Positions 1 through 9,734 of a DNA stretch of 64,000 nt are shown here, one piece after another. Under the pieces are notes generated by a model. It was not told the origin of the DNA, did not search any database, and saw only the letters and a program-made list of their open reading frames with translations. The stretch lies in contig CBDCWI010000002.1 in the NCBI GenBank assembly GCA_965223325.1, positions 2,912,001-2,976,000 of the forward strand, given 5' to 3'. The translations under genes and the position numbers were made by a program. Source of the DNA: Candidatus Multivoradales bacterium. GTDB taxonomy: Bacteria; Acidobacteriota; Thermoanaerobaculia; Multivoradales; Multivoraceae. Numbering within the stretch: the stretch's first letter is position 1; each line of letters begins with the position of its first letter.

Positions 1-1084
1 AGGTGAGGACGGCGCCGAGAATGCGCTGCGAAAGCCCGTCGTCGGCGGTTCCGCCACCCGCGGCCAGCGCCTTTTCGATCTCATCGACCCACAAGACGGC
101 CGGCGCCATCGCAGCGCAGGTGCTGAACACGCGCCGCAAGTTGGCCTCGCTCTCGCCGATGAACTTGTCGTACAGGCGACCGGGATCGAGGCGCAGAAGC
201 GGCTGCTTCCACTCACCGGCAAGAGCTCGACACGCCAGACTCTTGCCAGTTCCGGGCACGCCCACCATCAAAACGCCGCGCGGCGGCTCGAGCCCGAAGC
301 GCACCGCGTCTTCGGAAAACGCCAACGACCGGCGCTCGACCCAGCGTTTCAGGTTGGGCAGTCCGCCGAGCTCACCGAGACCATCGAGTGGCTCGATCCA
401 CTCGAGCAAGCCGCCTTCGCGGACCCGCTTCTTCTTTGCTTCCAGCAGCTCTGGCACATCACCCAGGTCGAGGCTACGGTCGCGCAACGCCGCCTGGTAC
501 AGCATCCGGCGCGCCTCCTGAGCATGGAGGCCCTGCAGCGCGCGCGCCATCTCGGACCAGTCGTCACCCTCGAGCTTGACCTGAAGGCGCGCCGACGCGC
601 TGAGCTCTTTGGCGGTCGTGCGCACCAGGTGCTCGAGTTCTTTCTGGCTCGGCAACGCGATTTCGAGACTCGCGGCGTGCAGCACGAGCTCGGTGGGCAA
701 GTTGACGGTCGAACCACAAACCAGGACGGCCGATTTCGAGCGCCCAAAGGCCGTTGCGACTTCGCGCAACCGTCGAATGACCTCGGGCCGGTCGAAGTAG
801 GGATGAATGTCTTCGAACAGCACCAGCACCTCGTCGTGAAACCCGAGGACACGGTCGAGGGCCTCATCGGGGTCGCGTGTACCGTCGAGGCCGCCGACGC
901 CCTTGCGAATCAGACCCGACGAGGAGTTCCACTGCAGAAACGGCATGCCGAGGTCGGACGCGACTTGCGAAACCAGAGCCTCGGCCTTGGTCTCGTCGAC
1001 CGTCTCGACCGCAATCAGGGGATAGCGCGAGAGGACGAGGAGCGTGAGTTCACGCTGTAGATCGCGGCAAACGGTGTACGGCAT
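1..1084 (-). CDS. AAA+ ATPase, Ycf46-like (partial, runs off the window's left edge)
   Basis: Not in the ORF track because there is no stop in the window. Manual translation from ATG 1084: MPYTVCRDLQRELTLLVLSRYPLIAVET..., Walker A GVPGTGKS, LDPGRLYDKFIGESEANLR, Walker B VLWVDEIEK. Confidence 0.88.
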   Translation of the reverse strand, partial: MPYTVCRDLQRELTLLVLSRYPLIAVETVDETKAEALVSQVASDLGMPFLQWNSSSGLIRKGVGGLDGTRDPDEALDRVLGFHDEVLVLFEDIHPYFDRPEVIRRLREVATAFGRSKSAVLVCGSTVNLPTELVLHAASLEIALPSQKELEHLVRTTAKELSASARLQVKLEGDDWSEMARALQGLHAQEARRMLYQAALRDRSLDLGDVPELLEAKKKRVREGGLLEWIEPLDGLGELGGLPNLKRWVERRSLAFSEDAVRFGLEPPRGVLMVGVPGTGKSLACRALAGEWKQPLLRLDPGRLYDKFIGESEANLRRVFSTCAAMAPAVLWVDEIEKALAAGGGTADDGLSQRILGAVLT

Positions 1085-1121
1085 CAGAAGACTCTATCGC
1101 CGTCGCGAGGTGACCTCGACC

Positions 1122-2141
1122 TCAATCGAAGGACCCGGAGGTGATCGTCGAGGCACTCCCGTCGGCGCCGAAGTTTGCCAACCATCCTTCGAGCTCGGGG
1201 TAGCGGTCGATCAAGTCTGCTACTTCGAGCAGGCCGCGCTTCTTCTTCCACATCTTGAGGATACGGTTCATCGCCTTGCTCCCGTCGCGCCGCAGCACGA
1301 TCGAGGCTCCGCGATGGAACTGTGCCTGGTACCAGAGGAAGGCCTCGACGCCCTGCTCGTCCTGAAGGACGAGCGCCGGCGAGTAGTTCTCGGGAGGACC
1401 GGCGGCATAGGCAAGGCGGCTTCCGAGGCGCTGGTAGAACAGGGCAATGTCTTCTACCCGGCTCGCCTCGTGCTCCTGCGCCACCGTGCCGGCGACGACG
1501 TGCGCCACCAGTTCGGAGATCCAACCTTCACGACCGCGCAAGCCGTTGAGGTTCGCGAAGCCACGCGCGATCTCGACCTGGAGCAAGGTGTCGGCGGCGA
1601 GCAAAGTCGCCGCTTCAGCGTCGGAACCCACGAGGGGGTGACCGTCGAGCCGAGGAAGCCCGCCGTCACCGAGAAGCTGCTGCCAGAACTGCACCGTTTC
1701 CGGGTCACCGGCCGCCGGTGCGAGAAGCGCGGCGGAACCGGCGCGCAAAGGCAGGCCATAAGGCGTGGTCACGCCGGCGCGGGTCCACTCGTCGCGGTTC
1801 ATCAGGTAGACCGCGGTCGGTGTGGGCAGATCACTCCACGACTTGAAGTACCAACCCGAGACGTCAATCCGTTGGAGGACGTGATGCGCTCGGTCGAGGG
1901 CCGCCGTATAACGAACCGCGCCAAAAGAGCCCCGGATCGTTCGAAACGCCTGCGGTCCGAGCTTCCGAAGCTCCTCGGGGCCCGACTCATCGGGGCCGTC
2001 GACGATGACTTCGGAGGGCTGAGACCAGGCGATGCCCCCCCCAAGCGCCAGAAGACAGCCGAGCGCCAAGCCGAGCCTGCCGAGCATGAAGTGGAAGGCG
2101 ACCGGAGGACGGCGGAGGGTGTTTGGGGCGAGAATTCTCAT
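1122..2141 (-). CDS. Secreted hypothetical protein with a degenerate zincin-like segment
   Basis: 339-aa ORF with a signal-peptide-like stretch (LGLALGCLLALGGGIAWS). TAGAAT -10 lies 7 nt before the ATG. It fills the gap between ndk and the AAA gene. Confidence 0.75.
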   Translation of the reverse strand: MRILAPNTLRRPPVAFHFMLGRLGLALGCLLALGGGIAWSQPSEVIVDGPDESGPEELRKLGPQAFRTIRGSFGAVRYTAALDRAHHVLQRIDVSGWYFKSWSDLPTPTAVYLMNRDEWTRAGVTTPYGLPLRAGSAALLAPAAGDPETVQFWQQLLGDGGLPRLDGHPLVGSDAEAATLLAADTLLQVEIARGFANLNGLRGREGWISELVAHVVAGTVAQEHEASRVEDIALFYQRLGSRLAYAAGPPENYSPALVLQDEQGVEAFLWYQAQFHRGASIVLRRDGSKAMNRILKMWKKKRGLLEVADLIDRYPELEGWLANFGADGSASTITSGSFD

Positions 2142-2210
2142 CGCCGTGATTCTACGCCACCTCCGAATTCTCTTCTTCGAGCACGCCCTCTCGAGGCCTG
2201 TTTCCCGGCC

Positions 2211-2630
2211 CTACAAGCGGTCGGTACGGCCGAAGAAGAAGGCCTGCTCGATCGCGGCGTTCTCCGCTGAGTCCGAACCGTGGATGGCGTTGTTCTGGAT
2301 GTCGGTGCCGTAGAGGTTGCGAATCGTGCCCTCGGCTGCCTCCTCGGAGTTGGTCGCGCCCATCACCTCACGCAGGTGAGCGACGGCGTTGTCACGCTCG
2401 AGCACGACCGGAACCACACGGCCGCTGGTCATGAACTCGACCAGCTCGCCGTAGAAGGGTCGCTCACAGTGGACCTCGTAGAAGGCCTTCGCCTGCGCTT
2501 CGGAGAGGTGCATCATGCGCATTGCAATGATTCTGAAGCCTTCCTTCTCGAGGTGGGCGAGGATGTTGCCAGTGTTGTTGGCCTTGACCGCGTCGGGTTT
2601 GACGATGGTGAGCGTGCGTTCGATTGCCAT
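2211..2630 (-). CDS. ndk: Nucleoside diphosphate kinase
   Basis: ERTLTIVKPDAV, PFYGELVEFMTSG, NAIHGSDS with the catalytic His. Confidence 0.98.
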   Translation of the reverse strand: MAIERTLTIVKPDAVKANNTGNILAHLEKEGFRIIAMRMMHLSEAQAKAFYEVHCERPFYGELVEFMTSGRVVPVVLERDNAVAHLREVMGATNSEEAAEGTIRNLYGTDIQNNAIHGSDSAENAAIEQAFFFGRTDRL

Positions 2631-2756
2631 GGTTGGTTTTCCTTTGTGCTGAATCGACAGGTATCGAATTGGCGTCGGGGCGCCCTCCGGTCACGTTGAC
2701 CGCTCGAGTGCGGCTCGGCGGCGGTCGCCCCGCTGTTGTCTGGTTCTTTTTGTGGG

Positions 2757-3629
2757 TTACTTGCCGAGGGCCTTGGCCGCAGCCTTACCCATATCGGCCG
2801 GAGAATCGACGACGTCGACGCCGGCCTCGCGCAGCGCCTTCTTCTTGCCGTCGGCAGTTCCCTGACCACCAGAGACGATGGCCCCGGCGTGGCCCATGCG
2901 CCGCCCAGGGGGCGCCGTGGCTCCGGCAATGAAACCCACCACCGGCTTGGTACCGTTGGCCTTGATCCACGCCGCTGCCTCTTCTTCTGCGCTACCGCCG
3001 ATCTCCCCGACCAGGATGATCGCCTCGGTCTGGTCGTCGGCCTCGAACAGAGCAAGCGCATCGATATGGTTGGTACCGTTGATCGGGTCACCACCGATTC
3101 CGATGCAAGTGGACTGGCCCAGGCCAACGTTGCCAACCTGCCAGACCGCTTCGTAGGTCAAGGTGCCGCTACGGCTGACGATGCCAACGCTTCCTTCTTT
3201 GTGGATGTGGCCAGGCATGATGCCCACCTTGGCCTTTCCCGGCGAGATCGCCCCCGGGCAGTTCGGCCCGAGCAGTCGGACGTCGCGGCCTTCCATGAAC
3301 TCCGCCACCTTGAGCATGTCGTTGATCGGAATACCCTCGGTGATGCAGATGACGAGCTCGATGCCGGCGTCGGCCGCCTCCATGATTGCGTCGGCCGCAA
3401 AGGGCGGCGGTACGAAGATCATCGAGACGTTGCAGTCGGTCGCGTTCTTGGCTTCGGCGACACTGTTCCAGACGTGAAAGCCCTCCTCCTCCTGGCCACC
3501 CTTGCCGGGGGTCACGCCACCGACGACGTTGGTGCCGTAGTCGCGGCACTGCGTGGCGTGAAACATTCCTTCCTTGCCGGTGATGCCCTGGACGAGGAGA
3601 CGCGTGTTCTGATCGACGAGAACGGCCAT
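2757..3629 (-). CDS. sucD: Succinyl-CoA synthetase alpha subunit
   Basis: [33 protein letters not shown]. Confidence 0.98.
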   Translation of the reverse strand: MAVLVDQNTRLLVQGITGKEGMFHATQCRDYGTNVVGGVTPGKGGQEEEGFHVWNSVAEAKNATDCNVSMIFVPPPFAADAIMEAADAGIELVICITEGIPINDMLKVAEFMEGRDVRLLGPNCPGAISPGKAKVGIMPGHIHKEGSVGIVSRSGTLTYEAVWQVGNVGLGQSTCIGIGGDPINGTNHIDALALFEADDQTEAIILVGEIGGSAEEEAAAWIKANGTKPVVGFIAGATAPPGRRMGHAGAIVSGGQGTADGKKKALREAGVDVVDSPADMGKAAAKALGK

Positions 3630-4798
3630 CAGGTCGTACCTCCAGCTGCTGCAACGGCCTTCTGGGCCGCATCGGACATGTCGGTTGCGACCAGGAAGTC
3701 GAAGTCTGCTTCTTCGAGAACTCGGCGGCCTTCCTCGACGTTGGTACCTTCGAGCCGCACGATGACCGGCAGCCCGACATCACCGAGCTCTTCGAGAGCC
3801 CCCACGACCCCACGGGCGATGCGATCGGTGCGTGCGATGCCACCGAAGATGTTGATCAAGACCGCCTTGACGCTCGGGTCGGAAGCGATGATCTTGAAGG
3901 CATTGGTAACGGTCTCTTGACTGGCCGAGCCTCCGACATCGAGAAAGTTCGCGGGCTCACCGCCCGAGAACTGGATGATGTCCATCGTCGCCATCGCCAG
4001 GCCGGCACCGTTGACCATGCAACCGATGTTGCCGTCGAGCTTGATGTAGCTGAGACCGTACTTGCTCGCCTCGACTTCGAAAGGATCCTCCTCGTCGAGA
4101 TCGCGCATCGAGGCGATGTCTTTCTGGCGAAAGAGCGCATTGTCGTCGAAGTTGAGCTTGCAATCGCCGGCGAAGACCGTACCGTCGCCGGTGACCACAA
4201 GCGGGTTGATCTCGGCAAGCGATGCGTCCGAGGCCATGTAGGCCTTCATCAGGCTGGTGACGATGCCGGCTGCCTGGCGCGCGGTCTTGCCTTCGAGACC
4301 GAGGGCTGAGGCAACCCGGCGGGCCTGGAAGGGCTGGATACCAAGATGCGAGTCGACGATCACTCGCTTGATGGCGTCAGGGTTCTTGGCCGCGACTTCT
4401 TCGATGTCCATACCGCCTTCGGTCGACGCCATGATCACCGGTGCCCGCTCGGCACGATCGAGAGTAACGGCGAGGTAGAACTCGCGGTCGATGTCGAGAA
4501 GTTCTTCAACCAGCACCTTCTTGACTTCTTGCCCTTCGGGCCCGGTCTGGTGGGTGACCAGCTGCATGCCGAGGATCTCACCTGCCAAGCGCTCGGCTTC
4601 GTCGGGTGAGCTGGCCAGTTTGACGCCCCCGCCCTTGCCCCGGCCACCGGCGTGAATCTGCGCTTTGACGACGCACTTGCCGCCGAGCTCTTCACAGATC
4701 TCGCGCGCTCTCTTCGGGTCTTCAGTCATCCGGCCTTGTGGGACGGCAGCCCCGTAGCGGCGCAGAATGTCCTTGCCCTGATACTCGTGGATATTCAA
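3629..4798 (-). CDS. sucC: Succinyl-CoA synthetase beta subunit
   Basis: (M)NIHEYQGK from TTG 4798 after AAGAGAGGGA; [33 protein letters not shown]. Confidence 0.97.
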   Translation of the reverse strand: MNIHEYQGKDILRRYGAAVPQGRMTEDPKRAREICEELGGKCVVKAQIHAGGRGKGGGVKLASSPDEAERLAGEILGMQLVTHQTGPEGQEVKKVLVEELLDIDREFYLAVTLDRAERAPVIMASTEGGMDIEEVAAKNPDAIKRVIVDSHLGIQPFQARRVASALGLEGKTARQAAGIVTSLMKAYMASDASLAEINPLVVTGDGTVFAGDCKLNFDDNALFRQKDIASMRDLDEEDPFEVEASKYGLSYIKLDGNIGCMVNGAGLAMATMDIIQFSGGEPANFLDVGGSASQETVTNAFKIIASDPSVKAVLINIFGGIARTDRIARGVVGALEELGDVGLPVIVRLEGTNVEEGRRVLEEADFDFLVATDMSDAAQKAVAAAGGTT

Positions 4799-5073
4799 GC
4801 GGGTCCCTCTCTTGCCCCGTACCGGTGGCCCTAAGCGACGAGCGAATGTCATCGTTCACGCTCACGGCGAGCGCTCGGCATGTCGGCCGGGTTCCGCTGG
4901 TTTTCGGGGTAGAAGCCCTGGGAAACAGGGGGTTCGGCGAGACGCGAGCATAGCACTGGCCGCTCGGTCAGTCAGCCACTGGTCGCCATCGATCGCGGCG
5001 CTACTCGATGTAGCCGAGGGCTCTCAGTCGCTCTTCCTGCTCGCGACTCCGCTCGAGATCCTCAGCTGGCTCC

Positions 5074-6885
5074 TCAAGCCCGCCCGGGAACGATGTGGCT
5101 GAAGCTCGGCACTACCTCGAGCACCGGCTCAGTTCTGAACGCCTCTCGAACGACCCGACCAGGAAGGTCGGCGGCGACGGGAAGACCCGCCAAGGCCAGA
5201 ACGGTCGGCGTGATGTCGAGCACGCTCGGATCTGCTGCGAAGTAGCCCGGTGCAACCGCGTCGCCCGAGATCAAGACCACGCCGTCCGGCGACCCAAAGT
5301 GCTCGACGCCACTGAAGGTCCAGCCGTGATCCGACACCAGGACCATGGTTGAGGAGTCGAGCTGTTCACGGTACTGGGCGAGGAAACGATCGAACGTTTC
5401 GTAGATCGCAAATACCGGGTGTTCGCGATTGGCGATCACGAGTTCTTTCCACTCGGTTGCAGAGCGATGCACCGGCAGGTCGGTGAGCAGGAAAGCATCC
5501 TCGGAGTGGAAGTCCCAGTGGTTGTGCGCCAGCCAGTCGACCCAGAGCGAGAAGAAGACCGCGACTGCCGGTTCGACTGCACCGACCTGATCGAAGAAGG
5601 TCTCGAACTGCAGGGCGAGACTCGCCTCGACCTCGCGGAGATCGTCGGATGCGTCTGGAAACTCGACCTCAGGTAGGGCCGGGACCTCGGCTGCCAGGTT
5701 CGACGGATGAAAGCCGGAGGAATCGTTCTCGCCTCCCTCCCACTGGTCGATGACCACGCCTTCGATCGCCGGCGCCGGGTGACCGAGCAGGACGTTGTAG
5801 ACCACCGACGGCGCGTCGAACCCACTGGTGATGTCCCACAACATAGGAGCCTCTCGATCCTGGGAGGTCATCGCTTCGAGTCGCCACAGGCCCGGGTTGG
5901 GCAACGCCTCGAGCAACCGATCAATCGAGTAGACCGAGCGAATGGTCGGCCGAATCGTGGCGAGGTTGTCGAGCTCTCGGCCGCTCTTCGGAAGCACCAG
6001 TTTGCGAAAGGCGAACACGCGGTGCCGCTCGGGTAGCTGGCCAGACCAGATGGTGTGCCAGATGAGCGGCGAAAAACTCGATCCGCGGTTGTCGAGGTAG
6101 CCGACCCTGCCATTCGTCATGCGCGTCGCCAGCTCTGGCAGGTAGCCAGCCTCGAGCAGCGGCTGCGCCACGCTCCAAGAGAAGCCATCGAGGCACAAGA
6201 GCACCACCGGAGAGTGGTCGGAACCCATCGTCTCGTCGGGTCGCTCGACCGAGCCGCTCGCCGTAGCGTCAACTGCGCTCTGGTGGAGCGCGGCGTTCGG
6301 CACCCGACGCACGTCGAGCTCTACTTTCCAGATCAGAACCGCCACGGTCGAAGACGCGGTCACCAATGCCGCCAACCACAGAAGCCGCGATCTCGCCGTC
6401 CAGCGCTCCACCAGGGCAAGCCCGAGGAACCAAAAAGCGACACAGGAGAGGACGAAGAAGACGATCTGGAGAAACCCCGCCTTGGTCACAAAGGGTCGCG
6501 CCGAGGCCCACTGGTACGCCAACGACACCCGCGGCAGGACCGCGAAGGCCAGGTGAAAGACGACCAGAGCAACCGTCAGTTGGGTCGACAACCGACCGAG
6601 CCTGCGGACCAGAAAGACAGCCGCGAAGCGTCGGATGGCGAGGAGCAGAACGCCCAGACCGAGAAGCCCCGCGACGTGCAGCGGCAGAACGAGCCACAGC
6701 ATCACAACCCAGAGTTCGAAAAACGCGGCGAGGCCCGAATGGGGTGGGTTGAGACCTTCGAGCACCAGCGCCAGGACGAGAGCCACCGCAAGAGGAAGGA
6801 GAACGACTGGACCAAGAGCGCGAACCCAGACCTTCCAGGACGACGATCTGGGATGCCCGCACTCTGCGGCTTTCCCGTTGGTCAT
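5074..6885 (-). CDS. Membrane-anchored alkaline phosphatase superfamily (NPP/phosphodiesterase-type) protein
   Basis: About 5 N-terminal TM helices; CLDGFSW, SPLIWHTIWSG, DWLAH, VSDHGW, H..DG, DITPTVL. Start placed at ATG 6885 after GAGGGAGAGG. Confidence 0.85.
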   Translation of the reverse strand: MTNGKAAECGHPRSSSWKVWVRALGPVVLLPLAVALVLALVLEGLNPPHSGLAAFFELWVVMLWLVLPLHVAGLLGLGVLLLAIRRFAAVFLVRRLGRLSTQLTVALVVFHLAFAVLPRVSLAYQWASARPFVTKAGFLQIVFFVLSCVAFWFLGLALVERWTARSRLLWLAALVTASSTVAVLIWKVELDVRRVPNAALHQSAVDATASGSVERPDETMGSDHSPVVLLCLDGFSWSVAQPLLEAGYLPELATRMTNGRVGYLDNRGSSFSPLIWHTIWSGQLPERHRVFAFRKLVLPKSGRELDNLATIRPTIRSVYSIDRLLEALPNPGLWRLEAMTSQDREAPMLWDITSGFDAPSVVYNVLLGHPAPAIEGVVIDQWEGGENDSSGFHPSNLAAEVPALPEVEFPDASDDLREVEASLALQFETFFDQVGAVEPAVAVFFSLWVDWLAHNHWDFHSEDAFLLTDLPVHRSATEWKELVIANREHPVFAIYETFDRFLAQYREQLDSSTMVLVSDHGWTFSGVEHFGSPDGVVLISGDAVAPGYFAADPSVLDITPTVLALAGLPVAADLPGRVVREAFRTEPVLEVVPSFSHIVPGRA

Positions 6886-7266
6886 TGGTTCCTCTCCCTC
6901 GGCAGATCTGATCCCTCGACCGAATCTGTCCCAGGTTCGGACAGTCCTCGGTCTCTGAGGGGCAGCGGCACTCGAGCGATGCAACATTCCCGCCCGGTTC
7001 CAGAGGTTCGCCCGACGCACTCGAACCTCGCCGGCGCGGACCGGTTCTCGTTCCGTGACCCCAAACAGGCAAGGGAGCTCGGCAGCCCACAGTTCGCGGG
7101 ACTCCCGCGCTCAAAAGCACTCTGGGCCCCGTTTCTGGCCGATGACCTGGAGAAATACTAGAATAGAGGTGCCGAGGCGCTTCTTCTCCACGGAATCCAG
7201 CTCTTGATCGCCAGCGCCACTCCTTTCGATGACTTCGCGAGCGATGCCTCCGATGGAGAAAGACCC

Positions 7267-9723
7267 ATGATCCGCGACCCTTCCCTCACCAGCTCCCTTC
7301 TGTTTCGAAGCGCCGGTCTGGCCTCGATCGTCTTCCTACTTGGCCAGACCGCTGGGGCCAGCCTCTCCGAGTACCAGGCGCTCGAGCGACAGAAGCTCGA
7401 CGGTCGCCAAGTGGCCGTCTCGGGCCTCACCATCGAGCGGGACGCCTTCGCGCTGCAACTCGACGGAACGGTCTACCTGTTCGAAGAAGTCATGGAGCAG
7501 ACGCCAGGTGGCGTCTTCGTCGGTCAGGGCAAATGGCTGCTCGAACCCGCCTCCGAGCGCGAACGGCACCACCTGGCAGTGATTCAGAGTGACCCTCAGC
7601 TCGAAGTGCTCCGCGACACCTTCGAAGTCGCCATTCTGCGCTACTGGGACGACACCACTGCCGAGATTCTCGCCGCCGGCGAGCTCTCGACCGGCGCCGT
7701 CGCGCCACAGGCGGCGAAGGCGGTCGACGCATGGCGCGACTCGAAGGCTCGCCTCGAGAAGAGTCTGAGCCTTCGCCTTCTCCGCGCGGCGACCAACGAC
7801 GAAGGCCTGGCGGGTAAGCCCTTCTTCGCGCTGGTCGAAGGAAAACGATGGGAAGAGACGCGGCTCGGCATCGATCCGGCCGGTCTCTTCGACGACGAGG
7901 AGGTCTATGTGACCTTCCAGGGCGAAAAGGGTGGCAGCTACGCGGAGCATCTCGAGAGCGAGGTCGAGTCCGGTGCTTACCTCTACGCCCACCCCAAGAC
8001 CCTGGTCGACGTGCAGCACCATGCCATCGACACTCACATCGTCAAGAACTCCGATCTCGAAGCCACGGCCGAAATCACCTTCTCGGTCCTAGCACCGGCT
8101 CTTCGCGTCATTCCCTTCTCCTTGACCCGCGGCTTCGAGATCGAGGAGGCTGTGCTCGTGACCGAAAGCGGCGAGACGGCGCTGGCTGTGATCTCGACCC
8201 TGGACGAAGACGGCGACCGCGACTCTTCGACCTCCGCGCTCGTTCTCACCGACCCTCTCGAGCGCAACGACAAAGCGACGGTTCGCATCAAGTACCACGG
8301 TGGTGACGGTGTGCTCAGAGACGAGGGCGTCGGCGTCTACGCCGTCGGCGCTCGCTCGCAGTGGTACCCGAAGTTCGGCGATTTCTCAGACCCGGCGACC
8401 TACAACCTCTCCTTCACGACGCCCAAACGCTCGACCGTCGTGGCGGTCGGCAAAGAGGTCGAGTCGCGTGAAACTCCCGACGGTCAGTTCACGCGCTGGG
8501 AATCCACGCACCCGATTCGGGTCGCAGGGTTCAACTATGGCCGCTTCACCCGCTACGACGAACACGAGAAGAACACCGGCACCGACATCGAAGTCTGGGC
8601 GACTGCTGGGACACCTGACTTCATCAAAGAACTCAACATGATCATGGAGTCTTCGAGCGGTGCGGTCGGCTATCGGCGAGAGGCCTCTTTTGGTGTGTCG
8701 CCCGACTCGCTGGCCCGCCAGGCTCTGGCCGATGGGGTCAACACCGTGCAGCTTCTCACTGCCTACTTCGGCAAGCTCCCGTTCGATCGACTGGCGCTGA
8801 CCCAGCAGGTCGAATGGAACTTCGGCCAAGCCTGGCCGACCCTCGTCTACCTGCCCTACCTCGCGGCGATGAGTTCCGCGAGCGGCCAGGCGATCGGCCT
8901 GGAGGGCTACGGCGGGTGGGCCGACGAGGTCACCTACCACGAGATCGCGCACCAGTGGTGGGGCCACAAGATCGGTTGGGCCACCTACCGCGACCAATGG
9001 CTCTCCGAGGGCTTCGCCGAGTTCTCGACTTCCTTGATGGTCGAAGCGGTCGAAGGCGCGCAGGCCTACGACGACTTCTGGGAGCAGCGCCGCCTCGAGA
9101 TCATGCGCAAAGACCCGAGCGACGACATCTCGAACGCTGAGTCCGGGCCGATCACCCTCGGCTATCGCAACAGCAGTTGGCGAAACCAGGGCGGCTACCG
9201 CGCCATCGCCTACGCCAAAGGCGGCTACGTCCTCCACATGCTGCGCATGGCGATGCGCGACCGGTCAGAGAGCAACCCCGACGCGCGCTTCTTCAGCATG
9301 ATGCGCGAGTTTGCCGACTCATACGCCGGCCAGGCGCCCAGCACCGCCGACTTCAAGCGCATGGTCGAAAAGCACATCGTGCCGGAGCTCGACTTCGACA
9401 GAAACGGCAAGCTCGACTGGTTCTTCGACCAGTGGGTCCATGGAACCGAGATCCCCGACTACGACCTCGACATCGAGATGAAAAAGTCGGGCTCCAAATG
9501 GCAGGTTCAGGGCACCGTGACGCAAAAGGGTGTTGGCCCTGACTTCGTCGCCCTGGTTCCGGTCTACCTCGACCTGGGCAAAGGCCAGTACATGCAGCTC
9601 GGGCGTGCTCCCTTCAAGGGCGAGATGACGCAGAACTTGAACGTCACCGTCGAGCCACCGCGCAAGCCCAAGCGAGCGCTGGTCAACGCGCAGCACGAGG
9701 TACTGTCGCAAAGAAAGCCGTAG
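7267..9723 (+). CDS. Secreted M1-family (gluzincin) metallopeptidase
   Basis: HEIAHQWWG, WLSEGFAE, AYAKGGYVLHMLR, FFDQWV; N-terminal signal-like stretch. Confidence 0.9.
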   Translation: MIRDPSLTSSLLFRSAGLASIVFLLGQTAGASLSEYQALERQKLDGRQVAVSGLTIERDAFALQLDGTVYLFEEVMEQTPGGVFVGQGKWLLEPASERERHHLAVIQSDPQLEVLRDTFEVAILRYWDDTTAEILAAGELSTGAVAPQAAKAVDAWRDSKARLEKSLSLRLLRAATNDEGLAGKPFFALVEGKRWEETRLGIDPAGLFDDEEVYVTFQGEKGGSYAEHLESEVESGAYLYAHPKTLVDVQHHAIDTHIVKNSDLEATAEITFSVLAPALRVIPFSLTRGFEIEEAVLVTESGETALAVISTLDEDGDRDSSTSALVLTDPLERNDKATVRIKYHGGDGVLRDEGVGVYAVGARSQWYPKFGDFSDPATYNLSFTTPKRSTVVAVGKEVESRETPDGQFTRWESTHPIRVAGFNYGRFTRYDEHEKNTGTDIEVWATAGTPDFIKELNMIMESSSGAVGYRREASFGVSPDSLARQALADGVNTVQLLTAYFGKLPFDRLALTQQVEWNFGQAWPTLVYLPYLAAMSSASGQAIGLEGYGGWADEVTYHEIAHQWWGHKIGWATYRDQWLSEGFAEFSTSLMVEAVEGAQAYDDFWEQRRLEIMRKDPSDDISNAESGPITLGYRNSSWRNQGGYRAIAYAKGGYVLHMLRMAMRDRSESNPDARFFSMMREFADSYAGQAPSTADFKRMVEKHIVPELDFDRNGKLDWFFDQWVHGTEIPDYDLDIEMKKSGSKWQVQGTVTQKGVGPDFVALVPVYLDLGKGQYMQLGRAPFKGEMTQNLNVTVEPPRKPKRALVNAQHEVLSQRKP

Positions 9724-9734
9724 CCGCTCGGTTG

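Noticed and set aside
1044-2270. Long antisense ORFs (also 2736-3920, 6055-7161, 45849-46904, 48801-49868, 54336-55298)
   Set aside because: Shadow frames of well-supported genes in GC-rich DNA, with no motifs.
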